DNA of 64,000 nt, taken from Balanoglossus misakiensis. Lineage: Eukaryota > Animalia > Hemichordata. A program made the position numbers and the translations under genes. The notes beneath the pieces were generated by a model. That model had not been told where the DNA came from. It was given only the letters and a program-made list of their open reading frames with translations, and did not search any database. The DNA is taken from contig CM082579.2 in assembly GCA_040954595.2 (NCBI GenBank), positions 13,765,834 to 13,829,833 of the forward strand, in the 5' to 3' direction. Position 1 is the first letter of the stretch, and each line of letters opens with the position of its first letter. Below are positions 52,101 through 64,000 of the stretch, one piece after another.

Positions 52101-55100
52101 CCCTGGGTTAATACGTGTCCAAAAGCACTGTACTTTGACATTGCTAATGCAACGATGACATTGAATCTGATTCTTTGCATCAGGGTAAATGGCGAAGCAA
52201 GGTTGATTATGCATCAGGGTAGATAGTGATGCAAGCTCTGCACTTTGACATGGGTATAAAATGCCTACAGGGGGATTTAAAGTTGTCTGTAAATCCCTGG
52301 GTTAATATGTGGCGGAAAGCACTGTACTTTGACATTGCATATGCAATGGTGACATTGAATGGGATTCTTTGCATTAGGGCAAATGGCGAAGCAAGCTCAA
52401 TTATGCATCAGGGTAGATGGTGATGCAAACTCTGCACTTTCACATTGGTATTTAATGTTAAATGTAAATCCATAGGTTAATACGTGGCCAAAAGCACTCT
52501 AATTTGACATTGCTAATGGAACGATGACATTGAATCTGATTCTTTGCATCATGGCAAATGGCGAAGCAAGGTTTATGATGCATCAGAGTAGATAGTGATG
52601 CAATCACTTCACTTTGACATTGGTATTAAATGCATATGGGGATTTCAAGTTGATGATAAATCCCTGGGTTAATACGTGTCCAAAAGCACTATAATTTGAC
52701 ATTGCTAATGCAACGATGACATTGAATCTGATTCTTTGCATCAGGGTAAATGGCGTAGCAAGCTTTATGACGCATCAGGGTAGATAGTGATGCAAACACT
52801 TCACTTTGACATGGGTATAAAATGCCTACAGGGGGATTTAAAGTTGTCTGTAAATCCCTGGGTTAATACGTGGCTGAAAGCACTGTACTTTGACATTGCA
52901 TATGCAATGGTGACATTGAATGGGATTCTTTGCATTAGGGCAAATGGCGAAGCAAGCTCAATGATGCATCAGAGTAGATGGTGATGCAAACTCTGCACTT
53001 TCACATGGGTATTTAATGTTAAATGTAAATCCATAGGTTAATACGTGGCCAAAAGCACTCTAATTTGACATTGCTAATGCAACGATGACATTGAATCTGA
53101 TTCTTTGCATCTGGGCAAATGGCGAAGCAAGGTTGATGATGCATCAGGGTAGATAGTGATGCAATCACTTCACTTTGACATGGGTATTAAATGCATATGG
53201 GGATTTCAAGTTGATGATAAATCCCTGGGTTAATACGTGTCCAAAAGCACTGTACTTTGACATTGCTAATGTAACGATGACATTGAATCTGATTCTTTGC
53301 ATCAGGGTAAATGGCGTAGCAAGCTTTATGATGCATCAGGGTAGATAGTGATGCAAACACTTCACTTTGACATGGGTATTAAATGCATATGGGGATTTCA
53401 GGTTGTTGAAAAATCTGTGGGTTAATACGTGTCGAAAAGCACTGTACTTTGACATTGCTAATGCAACGATGACATTGAATCTGATTCTTTGCATCTGGGC
53501 AAATGGCGAAGCAAGGTTGATTATGCATCAGGGTAGATAGTGATGCAAGCCCTTCACTTTGACATGTGTATAAAATGCCTACAGGGGGATTTAAAGTTGT
53601 CTGTAAATCCCTGGGTTAATACGTGTCCAAAAGCACTGTACTTTGACATTGCTAATGCAACGATGACATTGAATCTGATTCTTTGCATCAGGGTAAATGG
53701 CGAAGCAAGGTTGATTATGCATCAGGGTAGATAGTGATGCAAGCTCTGCACTTTGACATGGGTATAAAATGCCTACAGGGGGATTTAAAGTTGTCTGTAA
53801 ATCCCTGGGTTAATATGTGGCGGAAAGCACTGTACTTTGACATTGCATATGCAATGGTGACATTGAATGGGATTCTTTGCATTAGGGCAAATGGCGAAGC
53901 AAGCTCAATTATGCATCAGGGTAGATGGTGATGCAAACACTGCACTTTCACATTGGTATTTAATGTTAAATGTAAATCCATAGGTTAATACGTGGCCAAA
54001 AGCACTCTAATTTGACATTGCTAATGGAACGATGACATTGAATCTGATTCTTTGCATCATGGCAAATGGCGAAGCAAGGTTTATGATGCATCAGAGTAGA
54101 TAGTGATGCAATCACTTCACTTTGACATTGGTATTAAATGCATATGGGGATTTCAAGTTGATGATAAATCCCTGGGTTAATACGTGTCCAAAAGCACTAT
54201 AATTTGACATTGCTAATGCAACGATGACATTGAATCTGATTCTTTGCATCAGGGTAAATGGCGTAGCAAGCTTTATGACGCATCAGGGTAGATAGTGATG
54301 CAAACACTTCACTTTGACATGGGTATAAAATGCCTACAGGGGGATTTAAAGTTGTCTGTAAATCCCTGGGTTAATACGTGGCTGAAAGCACTGTACTTTG
54401 ACATTGCATATGCAATGGTGACATTGAATGGGATTCTTTGCATTAGGGCAAATGGCGAAGCAAGCTCAATGATGCATCAGAGTAGATGGTGATGCAAACT
54501 CTGCACTTTCACATGGGTATTTAATGTTAAATGTAAATCCATAGGTTAATACGTGGCCAAAAGCACTCTAATTTGACATTGCTAATGCAACGATGACATT
54601 GAATCTGATTCTTTGCATCTGGGCAAATGGCGAAGCAAGGTTGATGATGCATCAGGGTAGATAGTGATGCAATCACTTCACTTTGACATGGGTATTAAAT
54701 GCATATGGGGATTTCAAGTGGATGATAAATCCCTGGGTTAATACGTGTCCAAAAGCACTGTACTTTGACATTGCTAATGTAACGATGACATTGAATCTGA
54801 TTCTTTGCATCAGGGTAAATGGCGTAGCAAGCTTTATGATGCATCAGGGTAGATAGTGATGCAAACACTTCACTTTGACATGGGTATTAAATGCATATGG
54901 GGATTTCAGGTTGTTGAAAAATCTGTGGGTTAATACGTGTCGAAAAGCACTGTACTTTGACATTGCTAATGCAATGATGACATTGAATCTGATTCTTTGC
55001 ATCAGGGTAAATGGCGAAGCAAGGTTGATTATGCATCAGGGTAGATAGTGATGCAAGCCCTTCACTTTGACATGTGTATAAAATGCCTACAGGGGGATTT

Positions 55101-58100
55101 AAAGTTGTCTGTAAATCCCTGGGTTAATACGTGTCCAAAAGCACTGTACTTTGACATTGCTAATGCAACGATGACATTGAATCTGATTCTTTGCATCAGG
55201 GTAAATGGCGAAGCAAGGTTGATTATGCATCAGGGTAGATAGTGATGCAAGCTCTGCACTTTGACATGGGTATAAAATGCCTACAGGGGGATTTAAAGTT
55301 GTCTGTAAATCCCTGGGTTAATATGTGGCGGAAAGCACTGTACTTTGACATTGCATATGCAATGGTGACATTGAATGGGATTCTTTGCATTAGGGCAAAT
55401 GGCGAAGCAAGCTCAATTATGCATCAGAGTAGATGGTGATGCAAACTCTGCACTTTCACATGGGTATTTAATGTTAAATGTAAATCCATAGGTTAATACG
55501 TGGCCAAAAGCACTCTAATTTGACATTGCTAATGGAACGATGACATTGAATCTGATTCTTTGCATCATGGCAAATGGCGAAGCAAGGTTTATGATGCATC
55601 AGAGTAGATAGTGATGCAATCACTTCACTTTGACATTGGTATTAAATGCATATGGGGATTTCAAGTTGATGATAAATCCCTGGGTTAATACGTGTCCAAA
55701 AGCACTATAATTTGACATTGCTAATGCAACGATGACATTGAATCTGATTCTTTGCATCAGGGTATATGGCGTAGCAAGCTTTATGATGCATCAGGGTAGA
55801 TAGTAATGCAAACACTTCACTTTGACATGGGTATTAAATGCATATGAGGATTTCAGGTTGTTGAAAAATCTGTGGGTTAATACGTGTCCAAAAGCACTGT
55901 ACTTTGACATTGCTAATGCAACGATGACATTGATTATGATTCTTTGCATCAGGGTAAATGGCGTAGAAAGCTTTATGATGCATCAGGGTAGATAGTAATG
56001 CAAACACTTCACTTTGACATGGGTATTAAATGCATATGGGGATTTCAGGTTGTTGAAAAATCTGTGGGTTAATACGTGTCGAAAAGCACTGTACTTTGAC
56101 ATTGCTAATGCAATGATGACATTGAATCTGATTCTTTGCATCAGGGTAAATGGCGAAGCAAGGTTGATTATGCATCAGGGTAGATAGTGATGCAAGCCCT
56201 TCACTTTGACATGTGTATAAAATGCCTACAGGGGGATTTAAAGTTGTCTGTAAATCCCTGGGTTAATACGTGTCCAAAAGCACTGTACTTTGACATTGCT
56301 AATGCAACGATGACATTGAATCTGATTCTTTGCATCAGGGTAAATGGCGAAGCAAGGTTGATTATGCATCAGGGTAGATAGTGATGCAAGCTCTGCACTT
56401 TGACATGGGTATAAAATGCCTACAGGGGGATTTAAAGTTGTCTGTAAATCCCTGGGTTAATATGTGGCGGAAAGCACTGTACTTTGACATTGCATATGCA
56501 ATGGTGACATTGAATGGGATTCTTTGCATTAGGGCAAATGGCGAAGCAAGCTCAATTATGAATCAGAGTAGATGGTGATGCAAACTCTGCACTTTCACAT
56601 GGGTATTTAATGTTAAATGTAAATCCATAGGTGAATACGTGGCCAAAAGCACTCTAATTTGACATTGCTAATGGAACGATGACATTGAATCTGATTCTTT
56701 GCATCATGGCAAATGGCGAAGCAAGGTTTATGATGCATCAGAGTAGATAGTGATGCAATCACTTCACTTTGATATTGGTATTAAATGCATATGGGGATTT
56801 CAAGTTGATGATAAATCCCTGGGTTAATACGTGTCCAAAAGCACTATAATTTGACATTGCTAATGCAACGATGACATTGAATCTGATTCTTTGCATCAGG
56901 GTAAATGGCGTAGCAAGCTTTATGATGCATCAGGGTAGATAGTGATGCAAACACTTCACTTTGACATGGGTATTAAATGCATATGGGGATTTCAGGTTGT
57001 TGAAAAATCTGTGGGTTAATACGTGTCGAAAAGCACTGTACTTTGACATTGCTAATGCAATGATGACATTGAATCTGATTCTTTGCATCAGGGTAAATGG
57101 CGAAGCAAGGTTGATTATGCATCAGGGTAGATAGTGATGCAAGCCCTTCACTTTGACATGTGTATAAAATGCCTACAGGGGGATTTAAAGTTGTCTGTAA
57201 ATCCCTGGGTTAATACGTGTCCAAAAGCACTGTACTTTGACATTGCTAATGCAACGATGACATTGAATCTGATTCTTTGCATCAGGGTAAATGGCGAAGC
57301 AAGGTTGATTATGCATCAGGGTAGATAGTGATGCAAGCTCTGCACTTTGACATGGGTATAAAATGCCTACAGGGGGATTTAAAGTTGTCTGTAAATCCCT
57401 GGGTTAATATGTGGCGGAAAGCACTGTACTTTGACATTGCATATGCAATGGTGACATTGAATGGGATTCTTTGCATTAGGGCAAATGGCGAAGCAAGCTC
57501 AATTATGCATCAGAGTAGATGGTGATGCAAACTCTGCACTTTCACATGGGTATTTAATGTTAAATGTAAATCCATAGGTTAATACGTGGCCAAAAGCACT
57601 CTAATTTGACATTGCTAATGGAACGATGACATTGAATCTGATTCTTTGCATCATGGCAAATGGCGAAGCAAGGTTTATGATGCATCAGAGTAGATAGTGA
57701 TGCAATCACTTCACTTTGACATTGGTATTAAATGCATATGGGGATTTCAAGTTGATGATAAATCCCTGGGTTAATACGTGTCCAAAAGCACTATAATTTG
57801 ACATTGCTAATGCAACGATGACATTGAATCTGATTCTTTGCATCAGGGTATATGGCGTAGCAAGCTTTATGATGCATCAGGGTAGATAGTAATGCAAACA
57901 CTTCACTTTGACATGGGTATTAAATGCATATGAGGATTTCAGGTTGTTGAAAAATCTGTGGGTTAATACGTGTCCAAAAGCACTGTACTTTGACATTGCT
58001 AATGCAACGATGACATTGATTATGATTCTTTGCATCAGGGTAAATGGCGTAGAAAGCTTTATGATGCATCAGGGTAGATAGTAATGCAAACACTTCACTT

Positions 58101-61100
58101 TGACATGGGTATTAAATGCATATGGGGATTTCAGGTTGTTGAAAAATCTGTGGGTTAATACGTGTCGAAAAGCACTGTACTTTGACATTGCTAATGCAAT
58201 GATGACATTGAATCTGATTCTTTGCATCAGGGTAAATGGCGAAGCAAGGTTGATTATGCATCAGGGTAGATAGTGATGCAAGCCCTTCACTTTGACATGT
58301 GTATAAAATGCCTACAGGGGGATTTAAAGTTGTCTGTAAATCCCTGGGTTAATACGTGTCCAAAAGCACTGTACTTTGACATTGCTAATGCAACGATGAC
58401 ATTGAATCTGATTCTTTGCATCAGGGTAAATGGCGAAGCAAGGTTGATTATGCATCAGGGTAGATAGTGATGCAAGCTCTGCACTTTGACATGGGTATAA
58501 AATGCCTACAGGGGGATTTAAAGTTGTCTGTAAATCCCTGGGTTAATATGTGGCGGAAAGCACTGTACTTTGACATTGCATATGCAATGGTGACATTGAA
58601 TGGGATTCTTTGCATTAGGGCAAATGGCGAAGCAAGCTCAATTATGAATCAGAGTAGATGGTGATGCAAACTCTGCACTTTCACATGGGTATTTAATGTT
58701 AAATGTAAATCCATAGGTGAATACGTGGCCAAAAGCACTCTAATTTGACATTGCTAATGGAACGATGACATTGAATCTGATTCTTTGCATCATGGCAAAT
58801 GGCGAAGCAAGGTTTATGATGCATCAGAGTAGATAGTGATGCAATCACTTCACTTTGATATTGGTATTAAATGCATATGGGGATTTCAAGTTGATGATAA
58901 ATCCCTGGGTTAATACGTGTCCAAAAGCACTATAATTTGACATTGCTAATGCAACGATGACATTGAATCTGATTCTTTGCATCAGGGTATATGGCGTAGC
59001 AAGCTTTATGATGCATCAGGGTAGATAGTAATGCAAACACTTCACTTTGACATGGGTATTAAAAGCATATGAGGATTTCAGGTTGTTGAAAAATCTGTGG
59101 GTTAATACGTGTCCAAAAGCACTGTACTTTGACATTGCTAATGCAACGATGACATTGATTATGATTCTTTGCATCAGGGTAAATGGCATAGAAAGCTTTA
59201 TGATGCATCAGGGTAGATAGTAATGCAAACACTTCACTTTGACATGGGTATTAAATGCATATGGGGATTTCAGGTTGTTGAAAAATCTGTGGGTTAATAC
59301 GTGTCCAAAAGCACTGTACTTTGACATTGCTAATGCAACAATGACATTGAATCTGATTCTTTGCATCAGGGTAAATGGCGTAGCAAGCTTTATGATGCAT
59401 CAGGGTAGATAGTAATGCAAACACTTCACTTTGACATGGGTATTAAATGCATATGGGGATTTCAGGTTGTTGAAAAATCTGTGGGTTAATACGTGTCGAA
59501 AAGCACTGTACTTTGACATTGCTAATGCAATGATGACATTGAATCTGATTCTTTGCATCAGGGTAAATGGCGTAGCAAGCTTTATGATGCATCAGGGTAG
59601 ATAGTGATGCAAACACTTCACTTTGACATGGGTATAAAATGCCTACAGGGGGATTTAAAGTTGTCTGTAAATCCCTGGGTTAATATGTGTCCAAAAACAC
59701 TGTACTTTGACATTGCTAATGCAGCGATGACATTGAATCTGATTCTTTGCATCAGGGTAAATGGCGAAGCAAGGTAGATGATGCATCAGGGTAGATAGTG
59801 ATGCAAACACTTCACTTTGACATGGGTATTAAATGCATATGGGGATTTCAGGTTGTTGAAAAATCTGTGGGTTAATACGTGTCGAAAAGCACTGTACTTT
59901 GACATTGCTAATGCAATGATGACATTGAATCTGATTCTTTGCATCAGGGTAAATGGCGAAGCAAGGTTGATTATGCATCAGGGTAGATAGTGATGCAAGC
60001 CCTTCACTTTGACATGTGTATAAAATGCCTACAGGGGGATTTAAAGTTGTCTGTAAATCCCTGGGTTAATACGTGTCCAAAAGCACTGTACTTTGACATT
60101 GCTAATGCAACGATGACATTGAATCTGATTCTTTGCATCAGGGTAAATGGCGAAGCAAGGTTGATTATGCATCAGGGTAGATAGTGATGCAAGCTCTGCA
60201 CTTTGACATGGGTATAAAATGCCTACAGGGGGATTTAAAGTTGTCTGTAAATCCCTGGGTTAATATGTGGCGGAAAGCACTGTACTTTGACATTGCATAT
60301 GCAATGGTGACATTGAATGGGATTCTTTGCATTAGGGCAAATGGCGAAGCAAGCTCAATTATGAATCAGAGTAGATGGTGATGCAAACTCTGCACTTTCA
60401 CATGGGTATTTAATGTTAAATGTAAATCCATAGGTGAATACGTGGCCAAAAGCACTCTAATTTGACATTGCTAATGGAACGATGACATTGAATCTGATTC
60501 TTTGCATCATGGCAAATGGCGAAGCAAGGTTTATGATGCATCAGAGTAGATAGTGATGCAATCACTTCACTTTGATATTGGTATTAAATGCATATGGGGA
60601 TTTCAAGTTGATGATAAATCCCTGGGTTAATACGTGTCCAAAAGCACTATAATTTGACATTGCTAATGCAACGATGACATTGAATCTGATTCTTTGCATC
60701 AGGGTATATGGCGTAGCAAGCTTTATGATGCATCAGGGTAGATAGTAATGCAAACACTTCACTTTGACATGGGTATTAAAAGCATATGAGGATTTCAGGT
60801 TGTTGAAAAATCTGTGGGTTAATACGTGTCCAAAAGCACTGTACTTTGACATTGCTAATGCAACGATGACATTGATTATGATTCTTTGCATCAGGGTAAA
60901 TGGCATAGAAAGCTTTATGATGCATCAGGGTAGATAGTAATGCAAACACTTCACTTTGACATGGGTATTAAATGCATATGGGGATTTCAGGTTGTTGAAA
61001 AATCTGTGGGTTAATACGTGTCCAAAAGCACTGTACTTTGACATTGCTAATGCAACAATGACATTGAATCTGATTCTTTGCATCAGGGTAAATGGCGTAG

Positions 61101-64000
61101 CAAGCTTTATGATGCATCAGGGTAGATAGTAATGCAAACACTTCACTTTGACATGGGTATTAAATGCATATGGGGATTTCAGGTTGTTGAAAAATCTGTG
61201 GGTTAATACGTGTCGAAAAGCACTGTACTTTGACATTGCTAATGCAATGATGACATTGAATCTGATTCTTTGCATCAGGGTAAATGGCGTAGCAAGCTTT
61301 ATGATGCATCAGGGTAGATAGTGATGCAAACACTTCACTTTGACATGGGTATAAAATGCCTACAGGGGGATTTAAAGTTGTCTGTAAATCCCTGGGTTAA
61401 TATGTGTCCAAAAACACTGTACTTTGACATTGCTAATGCAGCGATGACATTGAATCTGATTCTTTGCATCAGGGTAAATGGCGAAGCAAGGTAGATGATG
61501 CATCAGGGTAGATAGTGATGCAAACACTTCACTTTGACATGGGTATTAAATGCATATGGGGATTTCAGGTTGTTGAAAAATCTGTGGGTTAATACGTGTC
61601 CAAAAGCACTGTACTTTGACATTGCATATGCAATGGTGACATTGAATGGGATTCTTTGCATTAGGGCAAATGGCGAAGCAAGCTCAATGATGCATCAGAG
61701 TAGATGGTGATGCAAACTCTGCACTTTCACATGGGTATTTAATGTTAAATGTAAATCCATAGGTTAATACGTGGCCAAAAGCACTCTAATTTGACATTGC
61801 TAATGGAACGATGACATTGAATCTGATTCTCTGCATCAGGGCAAATGGCGAAGCAAGGTTGATGATGCATCAGGGTAGATAGTGATGCAATCACTTCACT
61901 TTGACATTGGTATTAAATGCATATGGGGATTTCAAGTTGATGATAAATCCCTGGGTTAATACGTGTCCAAAAGCACTGTACTTTGACATTGCTAATGCAA
62001 CGATGACATTGAATCTGATTCTTTGCATCAGGGTATATGGCGTAGCAAGCTTTATGATGCATCAGGGTAGATAGTGATGCAAACACTTCACTTTGACATG
62101 GGTATTAAATGCATATGGGGATTTCAGGTTGTTGAAAAATCTGTGGGTTAATACGTGTCCAAAAGCACTGTACTTTGACATTGCTAATGCAACGATGACA
62201 TTGAATCTGATTCTTTGCATCAGGGTAAATGGCGAAGCAAGGTTGATTATGCATCAGGGTAGATAGTGATGCAAGCTCTGCACTTTGACATGGGTATAAA
62301 ATGCCTACAGGGGGATTTAAAGTTGTCTGTAAATCCCTGGGTTAATATGTGGCGGAAAGCACTGTACTTTGACATTGCATATGCAATGGTGACATTGAAT
62401 GGGATTCTTTGCATTAGGGCAAATGGCGAAGCAAGCTCAATTATGCATCAGAGTAGATGGTGATGCAAACTCTGCACTTTCACATGGGTATTTAATGTTA
62501 AATGTAAATCCATAGGTTAATACGTGGCCAAAAGCACTCTAATTTGACATTGCTAATGCAACGATGACATTGAATCTGATTCTTTGCATCAGGGCAAATG
62601 GCGAAGCAAGGTTGATGATGCATCAGGGTAGATAGTGATGCAATCACTTCACTTTGACATGTTTATTAAATGCATATGGGGATTTCAAGTTGATGATAAA
62701 TCCCTGGGTTAATACGTGTCCAAAAGCAATGTACTTTGACATTGCTAATGTAACGATGACATTGAATATGATTCTTTGCATCAGGGTAAATGGCGTAGCA
62801 AGCTTTATGATGCATCAGGGTAGATAGTGATGCAAACACTTCACTTTGACATGGGTATTAAATGCATATGGGGAATTCAGGTTGTTGAAAAATCTGTGGG
62901 TTAATATGTGTCGAAAAGCACTGTACTTTGACATTGCTAATGCAATGATGACATTGAATCTGATTCTTTGCATCAGGGTAAATGGCGTAGCAAGCTTTAT
63001 GATGCATCAGGGTAGATAGTAATGCAAACACTTCACTTTGACATGGGTATTAAATGCATATGGGGATTTCAGGTTGTTGAAAAATCTGTGGGTTAATACG
63101 TGTCGAAAAGCACTGTACTTTGACATTGCTAATGCAATGATGACATTGAATCTGATTCTTTGCATCAGGGTAAATGGCGTAGCAAGCTTTATGATGCATC
63201 AGGGTAGATAGTGATGCAAACACTTCACTTTGACATGGGTATAAAATGCCTACAGGGGGATTTAAAGTTGTCTGTAAATCCCTGGGTTAATATGTGTCCA
63301 AAAACACTGTACTTTGACATTGCTAATGCAGCGATGACATTGAATCTGATTCTTTGCATCAGGGTAAATGGCGAAGCAAGGTAGATGATGCATCAGGGTA
63401 GATAGTGATGCAAACACTTCACTTTGACATGGGTATTAAATGCATATGGGGATTTCAGGTTGTTGAAAAATCTGTGGGTTAATACGTGTCCAAAAGCACT
63501 GTACTTTGACATTGCATATGCAATGGTGACATTGAATGGGATTCTTTGCATTAGGGCAAATGGCGAAGCAAGCTCAATGATGCATCAGAGTAGATGGTGA
63601 TGCAAACTCTGCACTTTCACATGGGTATTTAATGTTAAATGTAAATCCATAGGTTAATACGTGGCCAAAAGCACTCTAATTTGACATTGCTAATGGAACG
63701 ATGACATTGAATCTGATTCTCTGCATCAGGGCAAATGGCGAAGCAAGGTTGATGATGCATCAGGGTAGATAGTGATGCAATCACTTCACTTTGACATTGG
63801 TATTAAATGCATATGGGGATTTCAAGTTGATGATAAATCCCTGGGTTAATACGTGTCCAAAAGCACTGTACTTTGACATTGCTAATGCAACGATGACATT
63901 GAATCTGATTCTTTGCATCAGGGTATATGGCGTAGCAAGCTTTATGATGCATCAGGGTAGATAGTGATGCAAACACTTCACTTTGACATGGGTATTAAAT
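31136..64000 (+). repeat. Satellite DNA array of 175/192/194-bp monomers with a 947-bp five-monomer higher-order repeat
   Basis: Five monomer types A, A', B, C, D = 194+194+175+192+192 = 947. Offsets of 947 are seen at 37761/38708, 41370/42317/43264, 44405/45352/46299 and 56187/57134. Single orientation, ~170 monomers, running off the window. Confidence 0.98.

Noticed and set aside
31636-62463. Dozens of 64-65 aa ORFs (MMQALHFDMGIKCLQGD...) resembling a tandem peptide gene family
   Set aside because: Each is one 194-bp monomer that happens to lack stops. The 192- and 175-bp siblings break the frame, and there are no splice, promoter or polyA signals.
31136-64000. CRISPR array or hammerhead-ribozyme satellite
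   Set aside because: There are no unique spacers or cas genes. The minus strand has CTGATGC rather than the CTGANGA...GAAA hammerhead core.

Overview
AT-rich eukaryotic (metazoan-looking) genomic DNA with no intact multi-exon gene and nothing prokaryotic (no CRISPR, operon or rRNA). From left to right it reads as a transition from unique sequence into a large satellite block. (1) 1-11.7 kb: a decayed two-exon Gln-rich pseudogene, several MITE-like elements, a palindromic 69-bp minisatellite, a 5'-truncated LINE and a CpG-rich patch. (2) 11.7-19.2 kb: three copies of a ~1.3-kb segment carrying an exon-like ORF, interleaved with satellite pieces. (3) 15.3-27.1 kb: a ~890-bp tandem macrosatellite homologous to an adjacent, apparently complete Helentron/HINE-like element at 27.17-28.56 kb. 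(4) 28.6-31.1 kb: minisatellite and low-complexity DNA with two tRNA-like motifs. (5) 31,136 to the window end: a ~33-kb satellite array of 175-194-bp monomers organised as a 947-bp five-monomer higher-order repeat with larger superimposed duplications. Almost all ORFs in the track are repeat artefacts. Family assignments come from motif recognition by eye, not from database searches.
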